A stretch of DNA of 56,911 nucleotides from a virus: positions 1-56,911 of the IMG/VR virus record IMGVR_UViG_3300045988_169529; one strand, 5' to 3'. Of this stretch, positions 35,648 through 45,388 are shown piece after piece. Numbering within the stretch: position 1 is the first letter of the stretch; each line of letters begins with the position of its first letter. A model generated the notes under the pieces. That model saw only the letters and a list, made by a program, of their open reading frames with translations, did no database searches and had not been told where the DNA came from. A program made the position numbers and the translations under genes.

Positions 35648-36495
35648 GGCATCAAATAAATTTTATCGTCCGGACGATTGAAAGATGTTTCAGTTACTAT
35701 ATCAACATCCGTATTTCCGGATAAAGACAAATCAATATTTTTAAGGCTTTCCAAGGCTTGTGACATCAGATCATCAGATAAAGTTAACATCCTCTCCTGC
35801 TCCTGGGTACCGTAACGCATAACTTTTGAATCTTCAAACAAATTACGGATGGTTGACGGAAATTCAAGGATATCAAATCTTCGTAACGACAATGCCACTG
35901 TTATTTTAGCCAGACATCTGTCCAATTTCCGACGATTTGTCTGGTCCTTTTCCGGCAAACGTTCATAATAGCCTGATACATAATCATCCAATGCCTCCTG
36001 CTGGATCGGAACACATCTGAAAAAGTACAGGAATGAATTATCAATGGGATAAGATGCATCGAATTCATAAGTCGTCTTCAACTTAAGGTTTTCCAAAGCT
36101 TTATAAGTCTTGGTTTTCTTCCATTCCTCATCCGAATCAAGTAGCTGAAGTAACGTATCCATTGCATTATAGTAATTATCACGATAGGCCCTGCGCATCT
36201 GCTCCTGCTCGTTCTTGTAGATATCCACATCCGATTTACGAAGTGACAGTACATTGAATATAAGCTGTTTTGCCAATGTCAGATTAGCCACGGCACTTCT
36301 TAATGCATCCTTTTCATCGTTATCCTCTCCTGCTGCTATCTTCTTGTAGATATCAGGAGATATGACGGATTGAACCTGCTTAATGGCACTCATGGCACTT
36401 GATGCAAGATCTTTGAAATTCATGTTACTCTCCGCATAAGGGGAATAAAGGTGGAACTGGGCCACATCTATAAACAATTCTTCTAAAACATTCAT
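35644..36495 (-). CDS. Hypothetical virion-module protein
   Basis: 283-aa ORF directly downstream of the portal. Confidence 0.6.
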   Translation of the reverse strand: MNVLEELFIDVAQFHLYSPYAESNMNFKDLASSAMSAIKQVQSVISPDIYKKIAAGEDNDEKDALRSAVANLTLAKQLIFNVLSLRKSDVDIYKNEQEQMRRAYRDNYYNAMDTLLQLLDSDEEWKKTKTYKALENLKLKTTYEFDASYPIDNSFLYFFRCVPIQQEALDDYVSGYYERLPEKDQTNRRKLDRCLAKITVALSLRRFDILEFPSTIRNLFEDSKVMRYGTQEQERMLTLSDDLMSQALESLKNIDLSLSGNTDVDIVTETSFNRPDDKIYLMP

Positions 36496-37991
36496 GGCTG
36501 CTGATTATTAAGACGGTTAGACGGTGATACATCTTCCTGGCGTGATGGGATTTCCCGGTAAAAGCCTATCCGATAACCTTGTTCGTACAATTCAGGGAAG
36601 TTTATACGGATAGCCTGGTTGAACGGTTCACATACAATCTCATCTTCCGGTGCCAATTGGAGCAGATAAATCAAATAGTTGTAATAAGCGTCACTTCCGC
36701 TCTTGCTAATTACACCGTCCTTGCTGACTGATGAGATGGAAGAATCCAGCCCGACACTTGACAGCAATACTTCGTCAGCACGTTTATCATAGCTGATAAT
36801 CGCATCAATGTATTCTTTATATTTTAAATCGACGGTTTCTATCTTCCATCGCTCCTCTTCCCCGCTGCTTCCGTTCCGAAAGCTGAAAGTCGCGTAAGCC
36901 TTTCCTTGGTTATCGGCTCCGGACAAGTAATCGGATATATTATCCAATTCCTGTTTAATATAGCGGATCAAGGTAGACTCCTTGAACTCAGTCCCAATCT
37001 CCAGCCCATTGTACAGCAATAGTTTCTCCTGTTTCGAAGCACGTTCCTTGTTTTCGTTGCAAAGATTGGTAATCTGGGTTCTCTTCGAATTTACCCATGC
37101 GTTAGGAATGATAATATGTATTTTAGCAGCCAACGAATTACGAAGAAAGCTGTTAATATATACTGCATTTTCATTGGATCCCTTGATATAAGGCTGTGTG
37201 CCCTCGTGTGTTTCATTCTCTCCATAGAAATTATCAATGGACTTCTCACGATGATGGGAAACAGCAGCGAACCTGTATCGCGGTACATCCTGCATACGCA
37301 ATTTCGGATAAATACGCAAACTGGTACTGATTCCATTGATAAACTTACCAACAGCTATAGCCGTGAAATCCTTATAATAAACCATATCATAAGCCACATC
37401 CGTCCGGGTGGTGGCCAAAAGGCAATCCTTATTCTCCATGGCTTCCAAACCAGCAACTGGCAGCACGCCCGGAACAATCCCTTTTCCTGCTGAAAACCGC
37501 CACTTTACAAAGAAATCGCGGAAATAATAATAGTTTTTGATGTTCTGTTTTGCAAACGCCCGGTATCCCTGCTCCATTCCATTCTGCTCCCAGCTTTCCA
37601 GCCATCTCTGTATACTGGGTTCCATAATCCAAGTTCTCTTGACTTTGTTATCGACAAGTTCTGTCTTATAGACAGCCGGTCCGGAGCCATACAGCATATT
37701 GACCTGTTTGGTTATCAATCTTGGAAGCAGCCTGTTATGCTTGATATCACTCGCTACTTCCTGGCATTTCAGATTGTTCCAGCCACGAGAAGCGATGTTA
37801 TACCCTTTGACTGTAAGCCATCTCACCTGTCCTTCCAATGCCACCGGATTAACAGATACAGTACGGTTACGCTGCAAGGCATCCTGCATACTCCCTTCTC
37901 CCAGCTGGAAAGATATCACACTGCTGTCATTAACGTACACGCCAAGGCATCCCTGTATCTCTATATTACTTTGTTGACTCATGATAACCAA
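36492..37991 (-). CDS. Portal protein (putative)
   Basis: About 499 aa, one small gene downstream of a large terminase, with an acidic/polar C-terminus. The call rests on size and position only. Confidence 0.6.
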   Translation of the reverse strand: MVIMSQQSNIEIQGCLGVYVNDSSVISFQLGEGSMQDALQRNRTVSVNPVALEGQVRWLTVKGYNIASRGWNNLKCQEVASDIKHNRLLPRLITKQVNMLYGSGPAVYKTELVDNKVKRTWIMEPSIQRWLESWEQNGMEQGYRAFAKQNIKNYYYFRDFFVKWRFSAGKGIVPGVLPVAGLEAMENKDCLLATTRTDVAYDMVYYKDFTAIAVGKFINGISTSLRIYPKLRMQDVPRYRFAAVSHHREKSIDNFYGENETHEGTQPYIKGSNENAVYINSFLRNSLAAKIHIIIPNAWVNSKRTQITNLCNENKERASKQEKLLLYNGLEIGTEFKESTLIRYIKQELDNISDYLSGADNQGKAYATFSFRNGSSGEEERWKIETVDLKYKEYIDAIISYDKRADEVLLSSVGLDSSISSVSKDGVISKSGSDAYYNYLIYLLQLAPEDEIVCEPFNQAIRINFPELYEQGYRIGFYREIPSRQEDVSPSNRLNNQQP

Positions 37992-38311
37992 TCTATTTTA
38001 TGAAGTTTAAATCCATCTTGCGGGAATCCCATATAGCGTATCAATATAGTGTAACACATACGGGGTTCTCCGTCCTTGTCGGTAAACAGGAAGAAGTTAT
38101 CACTGTCCACACTGAAACGTTCATGAGGCAATTGGGTGCGCCATCTGCAACCGTCCTTTACTATGATCTTAGTGGATGCCTCATTACGTTGCAGACTGCA
38201 TGGATAGAATGCTATGGTAAAGCATCCATCGGGCAGCTTGGATATCTCCCTAGCCCATTGCATGGCCTGTGCACCCGACATTGTAACGTTATGATCTATT
38301 ACTTCTTCCAT
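37979..38311 (-). CDS. Hypothetical protein
   Basis: 110-aa ORF overlapping the portal start. Confidence 0.55.
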   Translation of the reverse strand: MEEVIDHNVTMSGAQAMQWAREISKLPDGCFTIAFYPCSLQRNEASTKIIVKDGCRWRTQLPHERFSVDSDNFFLFTDKDGEPRMCYTILIRYMGFPQDGFKLHKIDWLS

Positions 38312-38566
38312 GCTACGAATTTATTCGTTTTCCGATACAGTAGAAAAGACGAAATCTCAAGGGAAGAATCATATTTCCACCCATCTACCCCCTGTGCTGT
38401 GCAATCGGTTTTATCAGCGCGGCGTGGAGTCAATCGTCTCTTGAAAAAAGTTCAAAAATTTTTCAAAAAGTCAATCGTTTATCCATGATTCACATAATAC
38501 TTATTTAAATGTCAAACAGACACTTATATTAAATCAATTGAACTTATTATTTAAGCCGAATTTTAA

Positions 38567-40333
38567 TTATAAGCTGAAATTATCCGGAATATCATCAGGA
38601 ATGCTGGTCAATTCGTTAAGAACAGCATCCCCATACAGACCGTACATCAGGTAAATGAATGCAGAAGGAATCTGTGTTGTCAGTCCAGCCTGACGGTGAA
38701 GCGGTATCTTAACCTCGCTGCTCTTGTCCAGCTCTATACGTCCGTTGGTGCTCTTACGTGGTGAAAGAGGTATAGCACTACAAAGGTTAGGGCATTCATT
38801 TTCGTCAATAAAAACGTGAGGCAAAGCATTGCTTCTGTCACCAAACAAAAGCAACATCAGCTTGAACTGCTGCCAATGATAGATTGTGGCCTGTCCTTCG
38901 TTCATGAGCTGCACTTCGAACCCGTAGCTTTCCAGTTCCCTCTTCAATGCTCGGCTGTCAGTCGTTATCTGCTCCAGTTCCTCCCTGCGTTTGTTACCGG
39001 CCCTGTCCGGATATAAAACAATACGTTTGTTCCGACAGTCACGCCCGAAAAACTCATAAACCTGTCTAGCAAGTTCCGGCTGCTCATCCGGATAGAAACA
39101 GAAGAACTCTTTCAACAGCCTGAATTCCTTCCCGTACTTCTTGGGTTGCCCACATACCAGGCTTGAGAAATGTCCGGGATCATACCCTATATACAGCGGA
39201 GCGCTCTTGTCGTAGTATTTCAAATAACGGGCAGTGATGATAAAATGATCCTTCAGATCAAGTTTCATGATAGAATCATAAATATACCCGTCAGAGAATT
39301 GATGCTTTTCTTTATCATAATTTGCAAAGAACTTGTTAACCACAGACTTATGACGGACAGCACATATAGCAGTAAGAAATTCGTCCATATCCAATGTGTC
39401 AAGCTGAGTTTTAAAAAACTTAGGTCCCAATATGTCCTTATTGACAAACGAACTGGCCCGGATATACAATGTGGCGTTGCGCCGCATATCAGCCAAACGC
39501 GGTGTCCACATGGATATCTGTCTGTCATACTTCTTCAGTTCCAGGCGTATCTTTTCAAGCGTGACCGGGTTGGTGGTATTCTTCTGGGCAGTAAGAAGTT
39601 CCATTCTTTTATAAACCGCTTTATTCACATGAACAGCTACTGTGGCTATTTCGGAAAGAAGCTGAGGATTGTTCTGATCTTCATACCGTTCAAACCAGTC
39701 GTCCTCATTCAAATCCACACGGGCAGTATCAGAAACCCCGGTCCATCCCTGGTAATATGGGCTTTTACGAATTTCCGCAGAAGATCCACGAAGAGAAGGA
39801 AACAAACGTGTCTTGAGTTTCTCTCCGTCATTGTGTTTCATTTCTTCTACAAAAGCATGAACACCACTTCTACCCGCCACTGAGTCCGGCTGGTCAGAAC
39901 TTACCAGCTGGATATGATGACCGTTCCGGAACAGGATGCTATGCTTGGGATAAGAAATTGGATAACGCGGCTTCCGGAAATGCTCTGGAATCTTCGACTC
40001 TCCCGCAATATAGTCAATGCCATATTCCAGCATACAACGGGGACGACCGTTAACCGTAATCTGCCTGGAAAAAGCAGCCTGAATGTTAGGCCATATATTG
40101 GTAAGCAACGCAACATAGGTACGATGCGCTAAAAATGACAACTCGGCCGGCATACTGTCTGCCACACGGACAATGCGGTTTACTGTAACCTCACTCGTCT
40201 TACCTGACGCACGTGCAGCTTCCACCACCACTTTGTTAGGGTCAAGAAGATTGACCATTACCTGCATGGAATTCATGTAGATACGTTCCATCTCCATTGA
40301 AAATTCATCATTGGATATATCGTTCTGACTCAT
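38567..40333 (-). CDS. terL: Second terminase large subunit (a different family from 4509..6518)
   Basis: Walker A VEAARASGKTS, Walker B-like GVHAFVEEM, and RNaseH-like nuclease motifs YIGYDPGHFSS and VLYPDRAGN. 588 aa, adjacent to the portal. Confidence 0.75.
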   Translation of the reverse strand: MSQNDISNDEFSMEMERIYMNSMQVMVNLLDPNKVVVEAARASGKTSEVTVNRIVRVADSMPAELSFLAHRTYVALLTNIWPNIQAAFSRQITVNGRPRCMLEYGIDYIAGESKIPEHFRKPRYPISYPKHSILFRNGHHIQLVSSDQPDSVAGRSGVHAFVEEMKHNDGEKLKTRLFPSLRGSSAEIRKSPYYQGWTGVSDTARVDLNEDDWFERYEDQNNPQLLSEIATVAVHVNKAVYKRMELLTAQKNTTNPVTLEKIRLELKKYDRQISMWTPRLADMRRNATLYIRASSFVNKDILGPKFFKTQLDTLDMDEFLTAICAVRHKSVVNKFFANYDKEKHQFSDGYIYDSIMKLDLKDHFIITARYLKYYDKSAPLYIGYDPGHFSSLVCGQPKKYGKEFRLLKEFFCFYPDEQPELARQVYEFFGRDCRNKRIVLYPDRAGNKRREELEQITTDSRALKRELESYGFEVQLMNEGQATIYHWQQFKLMLLLFGDRSNALPHVFIDENECPNLCSAIPLSPRKSTNGRIELDKSSEVKIPLHRQAGLTTQIPSAFIYLMYGLYGDAVLNELTSIPDDIPDNFSL

Positions 40334-40335
40334 GA

Positions 40336-40974
40336 TTACTCTTCATTTAATATTTCCTCTACATCCTGAATATCGGCATCCCGCAACAAGCGTTTCTTTT
40401 CCCTCTTATCAATAGGAAGACCGTCGATAAGTTGGATATAAAACCCTTCGTTATGCTTACGCGCTATCTCTTTTAGTGATTTGCTTTCCAATCCCATATC
40501 TTCCGGACGAAGGTTAGGATCAATAATGAAAGTAATACCAAGATTGGTAGCAGCCTCTGCTATCTGGGCGGCACGAATCCTATGCTCGCTGGCTCTTTCG
40601 ATACATGCAGCCATCGTTTTCATATCCCCCTTGGCCGCACATAACTGCGCCATGGATTCCAGCTTGTCCGCATAGTGATTCTCCCATACCTTCTCGCTGA
40701 CATTGTTATCGACATTAAAATAATTAATGGCTTGATAGATACGTTCCTTGCAGGTACGTTCATCCAAAGCCAACTTCTGCTCCGCATTAATGCGCAGACG
40801 CAATTTCTTGGAAGCACGGGTTATATTCGGCTCATATTCATATATTTCTGCCGCCCATTGTATTTGTTTCAAAAATTTCTGCACATCTTCCGGAATGCCA
40901 TTACACTTTCCGGTAGTGAGAAATCCTGAAATCATATCGGGATGTATCTTATCAAGACGCTCAAGTACGGTCAT
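40336..40974 (-). CDS. Hypothetical protein upstream of terL-2 (possible small terminase)
   Basis: 212-aa helical ORF ending 3 nt before the terL-2 start. Positional guess. Confidence 0.4.
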   Translation of the reverse strand: MTVLERLDKIHPDMISGFLTTGKCNGIPEDVQKFLKQIQWAAEIYEYEPNITRASKKLRLRINAEQKLALDERTCKERIYQAINYFNVDNNVSEKVWENHYADKLESMAQLCAAKGDMKTMAACIERASEHRIRAAQIAEAATNLGITFIIDPNLRPEDMGLESKSLKEIARKHNEGFYIQLIDGLPIDKREKKRLLRDADIQDVEEILNEE

Positions 40975-41312
40975 ATTCCAAATAGTTCTTTACGCAAATC
41001 TTTAAAATAACGTTCATTCTTTCTCTCTTCAAGAAGCTCAATGGCATCAATATCCCCGTTTTCCGCTTTCTTCGCCAGTTCCATATCAATATTCTTCTCT
41101 CCTTGAGCCAGTCCCGACTCATAGGTTTCATAGAACACATCTCCCGGCAACGACAGCCGGACAGCCAATGCCATCTGCATTTTCCGCGGCAACTCCAACA
41201 GGCGGCACACGCGCTCACGGCTATACCCCATAATGGCATAGGTACGTACCCGTGGCAGATAATCATCGCTGACAATTACAATATCCTTATTACCAGTCAT
41301 AGCAAACAGCAT
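40971..41312 (-). CDS. HTH-containing small protein (possible packaging or regulatory role)
   Basis: GYSRERVCRLLELPRK looks like an HTH. LAKKAENGDIDAIELLEERKNE resembles TerS-type helices. Confidence 0.4.
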   Translation of the reverse strand: MLFAMTGNKDIVIVSDDYLPRVRTYAIMGYSRERVCRLLELPRKMQMALAVRLSLPGDVFYETYESGLAQGEKNIDMELAKKAENGDIDAIELLEERKNERYFKDLRKELFGI

Positions 41313-41375
41313 ATTAATACTGAAATACCGGCTATCATCCCCACCATGGTAAGGAACAGGGAAACAGCCATAAAA

Positions 41376-41753
41376 TCAACTTTTAGTTTTTTCATTGAGT
41401 ATGTCTCTAAACAATGTTTCACGATCACGATACTTGCGTAACAAATTCCTGTCCTGTTTCCGTCGGGATTCACGTTCGGGATTTTTCAAATACGCTTCAT
41501 AACGCCGTATACTGTCAAGCACATTGCGGTGTTTGCGGAGAAATTCCTGAGGATCCTTTTCAAGAAGGGAAGCCAGCAAGGCACGTTCACTGCGCCCTGC
41601 TATAAGAGGATGAAGGAAACGGAAAGAACCGGTATCATTATAGGCTCTAAGTTCTGAGAAAGCCTGCAAATTACGGATGCGAAGATGGACAAGGGAAAAT
41701 ATATCATCCTTGGTAATATTGTCAGCATCCATACGTTCGTCTATCTGTTTCAT
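41376..41753 (-). CDS. Hypothetical protein. Its frame stays open 43 codons upstream to the A9 run.
   Basis: 125-aa ORF from the first ATG. The upstream in-frame sequence RGLRKVQKHEEYPAIDWDNLDDENVQTATLIYNDRVVSWKR has no stop and no start. Confidence 0.6.
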   Translation of the reverse strand: MKQIDERMDADNITKDDIFSLVHLRIRNLQAFSELRAYNDTGSFRFLHPLIAGRSERALLASLLEKDPQEFLRKHRNVLDSIRRYEAYLKNPERESRRKQDRNLLRKYRDRETLFRDILNEKTKS

Positions 41754-41866
41754 CCGTTTCCAGCTTACAACACGGTCATTATAGATAAGGGTGGCAGTCT
41801 GTACATTCTCATCATCAAGATTATCCCAGTCAATAGCGGGATATTCTTCATGCTTCTGTACTTTCC

Positions 41867-42256
41867 TTAAACCTCTTTTTTTTTCTCAAAGTCCAAAGAT
41901 GTTTCCGCCTTTTCCGCACGAAATTCCGATTCCTCTACTCTTTCCTGCAATTCCTGAACCGTATCTTTCGTTTCTTTCAATTCGGCCGATTTCTCCTGCA
42001 ACTCGTGTACTGTCTCTTCCAATTTCTCCTTTACCGAGCTGACAGGATTGCGCCGGTTCTTTCTGATCTGTTCTGCCGTTGCATAATCAAGCAGAAGATA
42101 AAGAATCTTGTTTGCAAAACGTTCAGGTGATCGCTCCCATGCAGGCAACACAGGCGCATCAGGATTAATACTCCGTAAAAGCTTCAGATCGGTCAAAGCG
42201 GCGGACTGGTTCTGAAGACGGTTATAATGAAGCTTCTTTTCTTTGAATGAATACAT
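41867..42256 (-). CDS. Coiled-coil protein ending two codons after an A9 slippery run
   Basis: 129 aa. The C-terminus ..DFEKKKEV is encoded by gac ttt gag aaa aaa aaa gag gtt taa. Confidence 0.6.
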   Translation of the reverse strand: MYSFKEKKLHYNRLQNQSAALTDLKLLRSINPDAPVLPAWERSPERFANKILYLLLDYATAEQIRKNRRNPVSSVKEKLEETVHELQEKSAELKETKDTVQELQERVEESEFRAEKAETSLDFEKKKEV

Positions 42257-42333
42257 AACTTATCAGTTTAACCGGTGCATGATAATACAGTGTAAAACAA
42301 GCATATATATCCGCACCGGATTAATTATAAAAA

Positions 42334-43287
42334 TCAGACAACAGTTTGAATACGGGATCCGGCAATCTCAACCAAAGTGTCAGTATCAATTACGCGGAAA
42401 GTAATACGGCTTCCAGCACGGGCGGTCCATGTGGCTCCATCCTCAAGAATAAACACTTCATTTTCAGCAACTGTAGCCGGATGCTCCACACCCTCACCTA
42501 TCAGAGTTATATAGCGTCCCTTATCATTAGCCGCCAGACCGGAAACTGTAGCAATAGCCTTAGGTGAGGATGTACAATCAGGAATGGAATACAAGTCCTG
42601 TCCCGGAGTAACGGTAAGATTAGTGGCATCCACCGGATTGGATTTGGCAGGCTGGCGTACAATAGCACCTGTATATTTGTAATACTGTGAGATTGAAGTA
42701 CGCTGGAATGTAAACGTCACATAACGTCCGTCTGCGTCGTGCTTGTTTTCAAACGTTTGAAGAATCATCGGGCGGTCATAAGAACCGATGATATACCACT
42801 GGCTTTCTTCAATTTCTTTGAAGAGAATGATAAACTTGCCACCCGCATATTCTTCCGTGAAAGAAAGCAGTTTATCCCGCTGTCCACCCATAACCGCCAC
42901 AAACTGATTGGTTCCGGAAGTGGTAATATCCCCTTTCTCACCATTGCCTACAAAAGTGGGGATGGTATGGCACACAAAGTACTTCATATACTCACCATTC
43001 TTCATCGGAACCTGCCCTACCTCCCTGTTGGCATTGGGAGCCGGAAACAACTGAGAATTATCCACCTGGTCAATACTGATCAGATAAATCTGATATGCAA
43101 TGTTCGATCCATGGGTCTGACGGTCGGACACATCCTCAATATCACCAATAGTCATCATTCCGGTGACAGCCATTGACAAACCGACGGCAGTATCGGCAGA
43201 GGAATCAAAAACAAAGCTCAAGGAGAGCACTACAACCAGCACCGCCAGTTGAAATAAAAATATGCGGGAATTAATTCTTGTTCTCAT
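42334..43287 (-). CDS. Virion structural protein (decoration- or tube-like). The start is uncertain.
   Basis: 317-aa beta-rich ORF after the capsid-gene terminator. The hydrophobic N-terminus may be an artefact of the first ATG (alternative start MAVTGMM). Confidence 0.5.
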   Translation of the reverse strand: MRTRINSRIFLFQLAVLVVVLSLSFVFDSSADTAVGLSMAVTGMMTIGDIEDVSDRQTHGSNIAYQIYLISIDQVDNSQLFPAPNANREVGQVPMKNGEYMKYFVCHTIPTFVGNGEKGDITTSGTNQFVAVMGGQRDKLLSFTEEYAGGKFIILFKEIEESQWYIIGSYDRPMILQTFENKHDADGRYVTFTFQRTSISQYYKYTGAIVRQPAKSNPVDATNLTVTPGQDLYSIPDCTSSPKAIATVSGLAANDKGRYITLIGEGVEHPATVAENEVFILEDGATWTARAGSRITFRVIDTDTLVEIAGSRIQTVV

Positions 43288-43302
43288 AAATTTTCTGTTT
43301 AA

Positions 43303-43330
43303 TAAAAAGGGCGGGCTACCACACCCGCCC
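43303..43330 (-). terminator. Rho-independent terminator after the capsid gene
   Basis: GC-rich stem GGGCGGG/CCCGCCC (43309-43315 / 43324-43330) followed on the minus strand by TTTTTATT. Confidence 0.7.
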
Positions 43331-43367
43331 CCGATTTAAAAACCTTTTTAATAACCAACCAAAAAAA

Positions 43368-45377
43368 TTATCTAGCTCCAGGTACATTGGGCTGCGCTGT
43401 CTTATTGACTTTGCGAACGCCACCAATGCAGCGTTCCAACTCAATGAATTTGTTCTGACTGTTCAGCATGACCATGATATAATCTCCTACAGCTGTCGGA
43501 GTCCATGCTTCGGAAATACTGTCAAAAGAACCCGCCTTGTCAATTCCGGTCACATTGGTTTTGTTTCCACACTCTACAATGTAAGCCACGCCTTTTTTGG
43601 CTTTGTTGATCGCTGTCAGTTTCTTTTCACCGGTATTGGTTCCAGAAATAAACCAGAATCCTTTCGATGCGTCAGCTGTTGTGGCATCCGCATCCAAGGT
43701 TACGGAAGGTTTATTCAGGAAGATCTGCTGCCACAAATAGTCATTTTCCTTCAGTTTATCGGCAGAAGAGAAATTACGGCCGACAAATGCGGGCGAACAT
43801 CCTTCTTTCCAGGTAGACCATCCACGAACCATCTCCATTTGCATTTCTGTTTGCATGGCAAGCATTTCACCAGGAAGATTTTCAAGGAACTGGATATTAC
43901 CGGGAACCTGCATCATCATGAACGGAAGCTGACCTAAATAAGGCAGCCAAATAATACGCATATTGGTAGAACTGTCCGGTATGATATTAAGGTAACTGTT
44001 CGGTCCTGTAAAGTCCTGCTGTTGGCCATAAGCTTCACGGACATTCTGAATCCACCATTGCTTGTGGTTTTCGTTCAGATACATTACATGCTGGTCAAGG
44101 CTCATGTCCTCAGATACTTTGGCCAGAATTTCTTTGTAGAATTCCTGTACGGTTTCCAGCATGTTGGCATCGTCATAAGTACGGTATGCAACATTGTCTG
44201 TCAACAACAGTTTATGTTCGTGGTGCAGACGGATAAGGGTATAGAGCACTCCGGTACCGGCATTAAGATAGGAACCGGCTACACCCGTCTCAGGCTTCAC
44301 ATACAAACCTCTCATACGGCGCATATTCTGTTCACGCTGCGCGTTTTCAAGAGATCCCATAATGGCATATTCAATCATAGACCATTTGATCGGATCCGAG
44401 CCTTCACGGTTAAGGTAGCCTATATACATGCGTTCCAGTTCCTTCATAGGACCGAACTTCATCTTGATCATGGCATCGTCCACATATCCCATCTCCGGTT
44501 CAATCTCCATATCACCTTTATAAACCTCCCCTACCTGGTATGCTTGTGACACTTCACCAAAGAAAGCGTTGAAAATGACATCACGGTCCTGAATACCGTA
44601 ACGAACAGGGAAATACTGGGTAAGCTGGCGGATGGAAAGCACACGGGCTATAATGGCATCCTGACGACGGATAAGATACTGGTCTCCGCCCTTCATTCCC
44701 GTAACCTGGGAATAATCGGTGGCAAACTCACCCGCCGCCAATTTTTCCGGGTTTAGCTGGTTATGCGATTGCAAATAGCTGTAACGCTCAGCCAATGAAG
44801 AAGAATAGGCTTCCACTTCAGCTCCGAAAGACGCGGCTATCTTCTTATCTCCCAGACGCTGGTCTGACGTAGGATTGGCTGTGAACCGGTTCCATGGTTT
44901 ATCCATTGAAAAGAATTCGTGCTCAATTCCGAAAAGGAATTTCTCACGGTCTCCGGAACCTGTAAATCCTACAACCGAACCGGCAACCGTAGTCATAGGG
45001 ACATCATCAGCCGCATGATTACCCATAGCCATAAAGGTAGCGGATACAGCTTTCGCCATATCAAGTACCTGCTGTGCGGTAGGCTGCTCTGTTTTCGTAT
45101 CCTGTACTCCATGCGCGGCAGCGCCTTCCACATTTTGTTTCGGGTTGATCAATCCTGACAATACGCTGAACGCCTCATTGATCTGTGCCTGGTCGGGAAC
45201 GGCACGCTGTTCATCCTGGTAGGCCTGCATATCGGTATGAAAATCCGTTCCGAACTCCTCATGATAGGAGGCAAAAAACTGTTTCCATTCATCCGGCGTA
45301 AGAGCCTTCAGGGATTCCTCGGAGCCAGCGAAACCAAGCTTCTGAAGAATTTTCTGTACGTTTTCTTTAAATTTCAT
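43368..45377 (-). CDS. Putative major capsid protein with N-terminal helical (scaffold/delta-like) region
   Basis: 669-aa ORF immediately after the S49 prohead protease and followed by a strong terminator. The N-terminal ~110 aa are helical and charged. I recognised no fold from the sequence alone. Confidence 0.55.
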   Translation of the reverse strand: MKFKENVQKILQKLGFAGSEESLKALTPDEWKQFFASYHEEFGTDFHTDMQAYQDEQRAVPDQAQINEAFSVLSGLINPKQNVEGAAAHGVQDTKTEQPTAQQVLDMAKAVSATFMAMGNHAADDVPMTTVAGSVVGFTGSGDREKFLFGIEHEFFSMDKPWNRFTANPTSDQRLGDKKIAASFGAEVEAYSSSLAERYSYLQSHNQLNPEKLAAGEFATDYSQVTGMKGGDQYLIRRQDAIIARVLSIRQLTQYFPVRYGIQDRDVIFNAFFGEVSQAYQVGEVYKGDMEIEPEMGYVDDAMIKMKFGPMKELERMYIGYLNREGSDPIKWSMIEYAIMGSLENAQREQNMRRMRGLYVKPETGVAGSYLNAGTGVLYTLIRLHHEHKLLLTDNVAYRTYDDANMLETVQEFYKEILAKVSEDMSLDQHVMYLNENHKQWWIQNVREAYGQQQDFTGPNSYLNIIPDSSTNMRIIWLPYLGQLPFMMMQVPGNIQFLENLPGEMLAMQTEMQMEMVRGWSTWKEGCSPAFVGRNFSSADKLKENDYLWQQIFLNKPSVTLDADATTADASKGFWFISGTNTGEKKLTAINKAKKGVAYIVECGNKTNVTGIDKAGSFDSISEAWTPTAVGDYIMVMLNSQNKFIELERCIGGVRKVNKTAQPNVPGAR

Positions 45378-45388
45378 TGTGATACTAA

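Noticed and set aside
40961-41275. Track ORF 40961..41275 (104 aa, Cys/Trp/Arg-rich)
   Set aside because: It is an alternative frame of the same strand, fully overlapping 40971..41312. That ORF has an HTH-like, compositionally normal translation.
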